Origin: a virus
Lineage: Duplodnaviria > Caudoviricetes
Reading direction: 5' to 3' (one strand)
Virus record (IMG/VR): IMGVR_UViG_3300032295_002044
Coordinates: 1 to 41,238 of that record
DNA length: 41,238 nucleotides
Translations under genes and position numbers: made by a program
Notes under the pieces: model-generated
The model's database searches: none
What the model saw: the letters and a program-made list of their open reading frames with translations, nothing else
What the model was told of the DNA's origin: nothing
Shown here: piece after piece, positions 34,753 through 41,238 of the stretch
Layout of the letters: every line of letters starts with the position of its first letter
Position numbering within the stretch: position 1 is the stretch's first letter

Positions 34753-35067
34753 TCAGGCGGCGCCGTAGCATCCCACAATGCGGGCGATGCGCTTGCGCGA
34801 TGCTTCCGTGATATGTTCCGGAATGTGCAGGCTGTAGCTGGTGACGGCGCCGGTCGCGTAATCATGCTCGGCTTCGTAGAAAGTGAACCAACGGGGCCGG
34901 TGCAGGGGGTAGCTGTCGGCCTCGACGTGGCACCCCCGGTGCCAGCGCAATTCGTCCATTGCCTCCCGGAACGTCAAACCCTCGGCGTGCATGCCGCAAT
35001 CTGCTAGATCGCCATCCTCGGCGCTTTCCGGCGTGACGATATCGTACGTGATGCTAAAGCCCTTCAT
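34753..35067 (-). CDS. Conserved phage early protein
   Basis: F.ITYDIVTPESAE.GD...G...TG....SLH.P..IT.AS..RI.R; SD GGAGAG. Confidence 0.7.
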   Translation of the reverse strand: MKGFSITYDIVTPESAEDGDLADCGMHAEGLTFREAMDELRWHRGCHVEADSYPLHRPRWFTFYEAEHDYATGAVTSYSLHIPEHITEASRKRIARIVGCYGAA

Positions 35068-35116
35068 TTTCTCTCTCCGTTGTCTGATTGTTCCCAGCGC
35101 AACCGCCCCCGGCGGA

Positions 35117-35884
35117 TTACGCGGCCCGCTTGATCGCAGGCATTAGACCCGCCCGGCGCTTTTCGGCGTTTGCCGCAATGTCATGGCGGGGGATGACGAT
35201 AGAAGCCTTACCCTTGCCAGCGGACCCGCTGCACAGAAGGCACTTGTCGCAAGTTGTGCGCTTGCCTGCCTCATAGCTGGCCGGGCAAAGGCCTTCCCCC
35301 GTCATCTTGGCCCATCCCACAGGCTCAGAAACCCGGAAGGTACGCCAGCCCATAGCTTGCGCTTCCTCGGCATCTTGCAGGCTATCGGCGGAAGCCATTG
35401 CATAGGCTGCAAGGTACGCGAAACGCGGATCACGCCATTGGTGAGTGTATCCGGTGCGGCCCGCCGCCCGGCTTAGAATTGCGTGCCATACTTCCGCAGG
35501 GATTGCGGCGGGGTCGCCATAGGCTCCCATCCGGACGAAACGCCCGGCAAAGATGGCAGGAAGATCAGCAAGCGAGGCCTCGGCGTAAACGCCTCGCTCA
35601 TAGGCTTTCCACACAATGGTGACGCCTTGGCCGAGATTGACGTAGCAACGGCGCGAGCCTTCAACCCGCAACCCGTCGCGATAGGTTCCCCGCAGCGGGC
35701 AGTTGCCGCAGATTGAGATATCCGCCCCGGTGCGCGAGGCCTCGACCGGGTTGATATCGGCCCGGATGATATAGACCTGAATTAGACCGGCGCCGGTTTT
35801 TTCGTTCCTCGCGCCGTCAAACCCGGTCGCGATTGCCACAATCGGCGCGCCGTCAATCATGGACGGCCCCTTGTAGATGATCAT
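35117..35884 (-). CDS. Cys-rich putative Fe-S / radical-SAM-related phage protein
   Basis: From MIIYKGPSMIDG: N.KTG, CG.CP.R...CYV, VR.G.YGDPAA, GYTHQW, MASADS, CPAS...TC.KC.LC.G; SD GGAGG. Confidence 0.65.
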   Translation of the reverse strand: MIIYKGPSMIDGAPIVAIATGFDGARNEKTGAGLIQVYIIRADINPVEASRTGADISICGNCPLRGTYRDGLRVEGSRRCYVNLGQGVTIVWKAYERGVYAEASLADLPAIFAGRFVRMGAYGDPAAIPAEVWHAILSRAAGRTGYTHQWRDPRFAYLAAYAMASADSLQDAEEAQAMGWRTFRVSEPVGWAKMTGEGLCPASYEAGKRTTCDKCLLCSGSAGKGKASIVIPRHDIAANAEKRRAGLMPAIKRAA

Positions 35885-36438
35885 GCGCTTTCCCTCCGTA
35901 ACAGTAGCCTGCCACCCTTTGCAGCAAGCTACCGTTGCGGGCGGGGCCGAAACCCCGCCGCAGGGATTGCCGGGCCGAAACCCGACAATGTCATGACAAG
36001 CGCAACGCTTTTTGTGCGTTGGCTTTCTCGCAACACGCCGCCCCGTGAGAGGCATTGCAATGGATGGCCCTAGGTCTAGGTCGCGCTGCGGGGTGGAATC
36101 CGGCGCGATGCGTCGCAATGAGAGGCAGGGAAGGGCCAGCCGCTTGCGCTTATCGGAATTACGCCGGGGATGAACCCGGCACCGTGGCGTCTAGTGCGGC
36201 GTGTTGCTTGCATAGTGGAACCGGCGTTCCGGGCGACCCGCACCGGGAGGAATGCTATCCCCTCCGGATGATTGCGACCGGTTCCTAGCCCCGCCTTCCT
36301 ACCTCTCTCACAGGCCCGGAAGCTTTCACTCATAGGCCAATCGGTTGCCGATACTTCTATCGGGCGGGCTGGCCTGCTGACTGTATGGGAGAGATTGAGA
36401 GAGCGGGTGGCGCCCGGTGCAACCCGGTGCCGAAAATC

Positions 36439-36467
36439 CGTTTAAAGATGCGTCTCATGCGATGCAA
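36439..36467 (-). promoter_or_regulatory. Candidate early (leftward) promoter
   Basis: - strand TTGCAT-17 nt-TAAACG in the most AT-rich part of the window. Confidence 0.4.
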
Positions 36468-36647
36468 TGGTGTTTTCAGACATGTCTGATATTTTTTTAT
36501 TAAGATGCGTTCATGCGTTTCGGTATAGATTTGTTTTAAAGTGTCAAGCCGGTCTGATATGGTGACGGGGCCGCATGGTGCGGCTGGACCTGGGCCGATA
36601 GCGGTTCCCGGTTTGTTCCTCGAGCAAGCGCCGCAAGGCGCCTAGGG

Positions 36648-37205
36648 GTGGCAGTGTCTCACAAGGCAGAGGAAGGCAAGAAAGGGAAGCGCCAGCGAAA
36701 GGCCCCCAAGCTTTCCGTTGTGGCAGAATCCAACAAGGTGATCCCCCTGATCAGGGGACAAGGCAAAAGCGTGGATGGGCTCACCAGTAAGCAAGAATCG
36801 TTCGCGACCCATGTAGCCAATGGCGAAACACTCGCAGCCAGCTACCGGGCCGCATATGACGCCGAAAGCATGTCCCCCGCCGCCATCCACAATGAAGCCA
36901 GCAAGCTTATGGACCACCCTGGCATCGCCATGAGAGTCAATGCCCTACTGAGGCAAAGGCAGGCAGCGGAATCGCATGATGCGGGGCGAATCCGCAGGCA
37001 TGTTATCGAACGCTTGCACTTGGAGAGTATCAACGAAGATAGCCCGCCCGCCGCCAGGGTCCGTGCTTTGGAATTGCTCGGCAAGCTTGACGTTGTCGGC
37101 GCGTTCCGGGAGCGGGTTGCTACGGAGCAAGCGGAAGCCGCACCGGCCGATCTAGCTGCGACGTTGGAAGCCAAGCTTAAGGCAATGCTGGCAAAGGCTG
37201 GCTAG
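36648..37205 (+). CDS. terS: Terminase small subunit
   Basis: LT.KQE.FA..VA.G.....SYR.AY...EASKLM..P.I..RV..L...RVRALELLGK. Confidence 0.75.
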   Translation: MAVSHKAEEGKKGKRQRKAPKLSVVAESNKVIPLIRGQGKSVDGLTSKQESFATHVANGETLAASYRAAYDAESMSPAAIHNEASKLMDHPGIAMRVNALLRQRQAAESHDAGRIRRHVIERLHLESINEDSPPAARVRALELLGKLDVVGAFRERVATEQAEAAPADLAATLEAKLKAMLAKAG

Positions 37206-37635
37206 GCTTGGCGGTCTAGAACGGGAGGCAAGGCAGGGAAGGGGAAGGCGGGACGGGACCAAAAGGATGTCGCGCGTGACCCCACCCAGCCGGGGGCACC
37301 CCTGACGGCGTCGCGCGCCCGCCCGCCCTATACATACTATTCCCCATCAACGCTCTCATAACCTTTGATACCCCCCCTCCCCCTTCATTTCCCCACCCCT
37401 TCCCAGCCATTCTCTCCCCAGGAACCCACCCCCTTCTCTTTTTGGGTCCCATCCGTAGGCCGGGGGTACTGCAAAAACGGCTGATTTCCCCTTATGGTTG
37501 GCTTTTGCCGGGGTTTTGACCCATTTCTGGCTCACTCATTCTACCTAGGATGGCGTCCGCTCCTTGGTTCTGGGGCAGAATTGCGCTTAGTCGCGTCTTT
37601 GGATATGCTTTGTTCCGAAGGTTGGGGAGCCTGTG

Positions 37636-37845
37636 ATGGAGTTGCCTGAGACTTGGACTCTGATTGCAGAGTCTCAGTACACTGGCGTGTATGGGACGGG
37701 TTATGCCCGCTGGACTTCGGTTCCTGGCGCTATCATGACGCCGGGTGAGGCCAGGAAGATGTACGATGATGGGCACATTCTGATGTCTCAGAGGCGTCTG
37801 TCGTATGGGCCGATGGGTTTGCTCATCAAGGTGAAGGGCAAGTAG
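37636..37845 (+). CDS. Hypothetical protein
   Basis: About 69 aa with SD GGGGAG; abuts the next gene. Confidence 0.45.
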   Translation: MELPETWTLIAESQYTGVYGTGYARWTSVPGAIMTPGEARKMYDDGHILMSQRRLSYGPMGLLIKVKGK

Positions 37846-37846
37846 G

Positions 37847-38095
37847 ATGTCTGAGAGAAAATACCCTTCTGGCAAACTTGGCGTAACCATGAAGCAGCAT
37901 TTGGTGCTGGAGTTTGTGAAGAAGTATTGTGCTGAGAAGGGTTACTCGCCATCCTATCAGGAGATTGGTGAGTCGGTTGGCATTGCGTCCAAGTCTGGTG
38001 TGAAGCGGATGATTGATGCGCTCGTTGATCGGGGGCATTTGGAACTTCTGCCGAGACGGGCGCGTTCGCTGGCTGTGATTGAGAAGGCTGCTTGA
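37847..38095 (+). CDS. LexA-type N-terminal DNA-binding domain protein (no peptidase domain)
   Basis: T.KQ..VLEF......EKGYSPSY.EI...VG..SKSGV.R...AL..RG.L...P.RARS. Confidence 0.85.
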   Translation: MSERKYPSGKLGVTMKQHLVLEFVKKYCAEKGYSPSYQEIGESVGIASKSGVKRMIDALVDRGHLELLPRRARSLAVIEKAA

Positions 38096-38183
38096 TGATC
38101 CCCTTGACCCTTGGGGCAGTATTTGATCGAATGGTCATGGACCCCAGTCGCCTGACGGTCCGGTCTCTCCGTGAGTGTGACTT

Positions 38184-38209
38184 GGCCCCCAGCGATGGGG
38201 GTCTTTTTT
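38184..38209 (+). terminator. Intrinsic terminator-like hairpin immediately before terL
   Basis: GGCCCCCA-GCGA-TGGGGGTC followed by TTTTTT. Confidence 0.6.
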
Positions 38210-38210
38210 C

Positions 38211-39719
38211 GTGAACCTCGAAGACATTCTGCCCAAGATCAAGGAACTTCCGGAGTCTGAGCAGATGGAACTGCTGAGGCTTGTGGAGAAGCTGGAGCAG
38301 GCCAAGGGCCGAGAGGCTTCTAGGAAGGGGTTTCTGTCGTTTGTCCGACAGATGTGGCCGGGTTTTATCGACGGCGCCCATCACAAGGTGATGGCTGAGG
38401 CGTTCGAGAAGGTTCTCTTTGGAGACTGCAAGCGGCTCATCATCAACATGCCGCCCCGGCACACGAAGTCGGAGTTTGCGTCTTTCCTCCTGCCTGCTTG
38501 GTTTATGGGGAACTTCCCGGACAAGAAGATCATCCAGGCCACCCACACTGCTGAGTTGGCAGTAAACTTCGGTCGGAAGGTCCGGAACCTTCTGGACACG
38601 GAGGACTTCCAGAAAATCTTTCCAGACGTAGAGCTTCAGTCGGACTCCAAGGCGTCCGGTCGCTGGGCGACCAACAAGGGCGGCGAGTACTTTGCCGTGG
38701 GTGTTGGCGGTGCGATTGCCGGTAAGGGTGCGGACCTGTTCATCATTGATGACCCGCACACTGAGCAAGAGGCGATTCTCGCCGCTCATGATCCTGCGAT
38801 CTATGACAAGGCGTTCGACTGGTACACGTCCGGTCCCCGGCAGCGCCTTCAGCCGGATGCCCGCATCGTGATTGTGATGACTCGATGGGGTAAGCGAGAC
38901 CTGACGGGCCGTCTAATTCAGACCTCAATGGATCGGGGCGATGGTGAGTCTGAGTGGGAGGTGATTGAGCTTCCCGCCATTCTGCCATCGGGAAACTCTC
39001 TGTGGCCGCAGTTCTGGAAGATCGAGGCGCTTCAGGCGCTGAAAGCAGAACTGCCTGCCCACAAGTGGAATGCTCAGTACCAGCAGCAGCCGACCAATGC
39101 TGAGGGAGCCATTCTCAAGAGAGAGTGGTGGAAGCGTTGGGATCGGAGCCGACCGCCTGAGTGTGAGTATATCATCATCTCGGCCGACACGGCCTTTACG
39201 AAGAACAACCGCTCGGACTACAGCGCCTTCACTGTCTGGGGCGTGTTTGACAAGGTGAATGATGCTGGAGTTGAGGGGCAGAATATTATTCTCCTCGACG
39301 CCTTCAAGGATCGTCTGGAGTTCCCGGAACTGAAGCAGCGGGCTCTGGAGGTCTATAAGGAGTGGCAGCCGGACACGATGCTGATCGAAGGCAAGGCTTC
39401 GGGCTTGCCTCTGATCCATGAGCTTCGTCAGATTGGGATTCCGGTTTCGGAGTTTACCCCGACGCGGGCTTCCGGCGACAAGATCATGCGGGCAAATAGC
39501 GTTAGCGATATGTTTGCCTCTGGTATAGTGTGGGCGCCCGAGACGCGATGGGCCGATGAGGTTATTGAGGAATGCGCCTCTTTCCCCAATGGCTCACATG
39601 ATGACTTTGTTGACGCGGTGATTATGGCTCTCATGAGATACAGGCAGGGTGGTTTCGTCCGACTGCCGTCTGACTATGATGATGAGCCTGAGCTTCCGCG
39701 TCGTGCAGATTATTACTGA
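38211..39719 (+). CDS. terL: Terminase large subunit
   Basis: LIINMPPRHTKSE Walker A, GVGG.I.G.GAD..IIDDP Walker B, VMTRW...DL, AQYQQ.P, S.DTA, IE.KASG, FP.G.HDDFVD. Confidence 0.95.
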   Translation: MNLEDILPKIKELPESEQMELLRLVEKLEQAKGREASRKGFLSFVRQMWPGFIDGAHHKVMAEAFEKVLFGDCKRLIINMPPRHTKSEFASFLLPAWFMGNFPDKKIIQATHTAELAVNFGRKVRNLLDTEDFQKIFPDVELQSDSKASGRWATNKGGEYFAVGVGGAIAGKGADLFIIDDPHTEQEAILAAHDPAIYDKAFDWYTSGPRQRLQPDARIVIVMTRWGKRDLTGRLIQTSMDRGDGESEWEVIELPAILPSGNSLWPQFWKIEALQALKAELPAHKWNAQYQQQPTNAEGAILKREWWKRWDRSRPPECEYIIISADTAFTKNNRSDYSAFTVWGVFDKVNDAGVEGQNIILLDAFKDRLEFPELKQRALEVYKEWQPDTMLIEGKASGLPLIHELRQIGIPVSEFTPTRASGDKIMRANSVSDMFASGIVWAPETRWADEVIEECASFPNGSHDDFVDAVIMALMRYRQGGFVRLPSDYDDEPELPRRADYY

Positions 39720-39730
39720 GGGGATTGGCC

Positions 39731-41238
39731 GTGGCTGTTGATAAAGCGATGAACCCGCTGGGTAATCCCTCCGACAGCGGCCTTGAGATTGAGATTCTGA
39801 ATCCGGATGCTGTCTCGATTGAGACGGAAGACGGTGGCGCTCTGGTCATTCTTGGGCCTGAGCTTTCCCAAGAGATGATGCCGGGGTTCCATGACAATCT
39901 GGCTGAACACATGGACCCAAGCGACCTTGGTGCTCTCGGCCATGAACTGTTGGATGATTTTGAATCTGACAGCCGCTCCAGGGAAGATTGGGAAGACACA
40001 TACAAGAAGGGCCTCGACCTCCTCGGACTGAAGATTGAAGACCGCTCTAGCCCGTGGCCGGGCGCGTGCGGCGTCTTCCATCCAATTCTCTCTGAGGCAG
40101 CAGTCCGCTTTCAGTCGCAGGCCATCATGGAGACCTTCCCCGCTGGGGGTCCCGTGAAGACCAAGATCGTCGGTCGCATCACGCCCGAGCGCGAGCGGCA
40201 GGCCAAGCGGGTCAAGGAAGACCTGAACTACATCCTGACCGAGAAGATGTCCGAGTACAGGAACGAGCATGAGCGGATGCTGTTCGCTCTTCCGTTGGCT
40301 GGGGCAGCATTCAAGAAGGTGTACTACGACCCGACCCTGGGTCGCCCGGCGTCAATCTATGTCCCGGCTGAGGACTTTGTCGCGCCGTATGGCGCCTCCG
40401 ATCTTCAGACAGCCAACCGCTACACGCACATCATGCGGAAGCACCCGAATGAGATTCGGAAGCTTCAGGTCATGGGCTTCTATCGGGACGTTGATCTCTC
40501 TCAGCCCGTTCCTGACAGGAATGAGATTCAGCGCACCAAGGACAAGCTGGCTGGTGAAGAGCAGATCGATACCGATGACCGGCACATGCTGCTGGAGATG
40601 CACATCGATCTCGATCTTCCTGGCTACGAGGATGTGGGCAAGGATGGCGAGCCGACCGGCATTGCCCTTCCCTATGTCGTGACGGTCGAGCGTTCGACGG
40701 GCGTGATCCTGTCGATCTACCGGAACTGGAAGCAGGACGACGAACTGAAGCTGAAGCGTCAGCACTTCGTCCAGTATGGGTATATCCCTGGCTTCGGCTT
40801 CTACCCGTTCGGTCTGATTCATCTCGTCGGCGGCATTGCCAAGTCTGCTACGTCGATCCTGCGTCAGCTTGTGGATGCGGGTACGCTGGCCAACCTTCCT
40901 GCTGGCCTGAAGTCTCGCGGCCTTCGGATCAAGGGTGACAGCACGCCTCTGATGCCGGGCGAGTTCCGGGATGTGGATATCTCGTCCGGAGCCATTAAGG
41001 ACAACATCACCTTCCTGCCCTACAAGGAGCCGTCTCAGGTTCTCGCTGGCCTCCTGGGTACGCTGGTTGAGGAAGGCCGTCGCTTTGCTTCGATTGCCGA
41101 TCTTCAGATTGGCGACGCCAACCAAAGTGCCCCCGTGGGCACATCGCTGGCTCTGTTGGAGCGAGCGATGAAGGTGATGTCGGCCGTGCAGGCCCGCCTT
41201 CATGCTTCCCTGAAGCACGAGCTTGATCTTCTGGTGGA
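39731..41238 (+). CDS. Portal protein (3' truncated; not in ORF track)
   Basis: GTG at 39731 opens a frame reading ...SR.DWE.TYKKGLDLLG...PWPGACGVFHPILSEAAVRFQ...ETFPAGGPVKT...LPLAGAAFKKVYYD...GFY.FGLIHL.GG...RQLVDAGTLANLP; follows terL. Confidence 0.9.
   Translation, partial: MAVDKAMNPLGNPSDSGLEIEILNPDAVSIETEDGGALVILGPELSQEMMPGFHDNLAEHMDPSDLGALGHELLDDFESDSRSREDWEDTYKKGLDLLGLKIEDRSSPWPGACGVFHPILSEAAVRFQSQAIMETFPAGGPVKTKIVGRITPERERQAKRVKEDLNYILTEKMSEYRNEHERMLFALPLAGAAFKKVYYDPTLGRPASIYVPAEDFVAPYGASDLQTANRYTHIMRKHPNEIRKLQVMGFYRDVDLSQPVPDRNEIQRTKDKLAGEEQIDTDDRHMLLEMHIDLDLPGYEDVGKDGEPTGIALPYVVTVERSTGVILSIYRNWKQDDELKLKRQHFVQYGYIPGFGFYPFGLIHLVGGIAKSATSILRQLVDAGTLANLPAGLKSRGLRIKGDSTPLMPGEFRDVDISSGAIKDNITFLPYKEPSQVLAGLLGTLVEEGRRFASIADLQIGDANQSAPVGTSLALLERAMKVMSAVQARLHASLKHELDLLV

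Noticed and set aside
36076-36333. 85-aa ORF in the early leader
   Set aside because: No SD, and the composition looks like non-coding GC-rich sequence.
1-41238. tRNA, integrase, DNA polymerase, capsid or lysis genes
   Set aside because: None recognised by eye. Capsid and lysis genes probably lie outside the window, and a tRNA scan was not possible.

Overview
About 41 kb of a tailed dsDNA bacteriophage genome with podovirus-like organisation. The + strand carries tail and ejection genes ending in a 2912-aa polyvalent protein (1-15.9 kb). A long - strand block holds recombination, nucleotide-metabolism, primase-helicase and small early genes (15.9-35.9 kb). After a divergent control region come terS, a LexA-like HTH gene, terL and a truncated portal gene (36.6-41.2 kb). 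I recognised no capsid, DNA polymerase, integrase, tRNA or CRISPR array. The standout is at 16.6-18.4 kb: a stand-alone RAMP/Cas7-like gene with a G-rich loop is flanked by four ~100-115 nt non-coding tracts with strict 5-nt periodicity. On the transcribed (-) strand these read as a constant C(G/T)C alternating with a variable dinucleotide, and each ends in a shared tail. This looks like a non-CRISPR, RNA-guided module whose guide information is carried in the interspersed dinucleotides. All product calls come from motif recognition by eye, with no database search.
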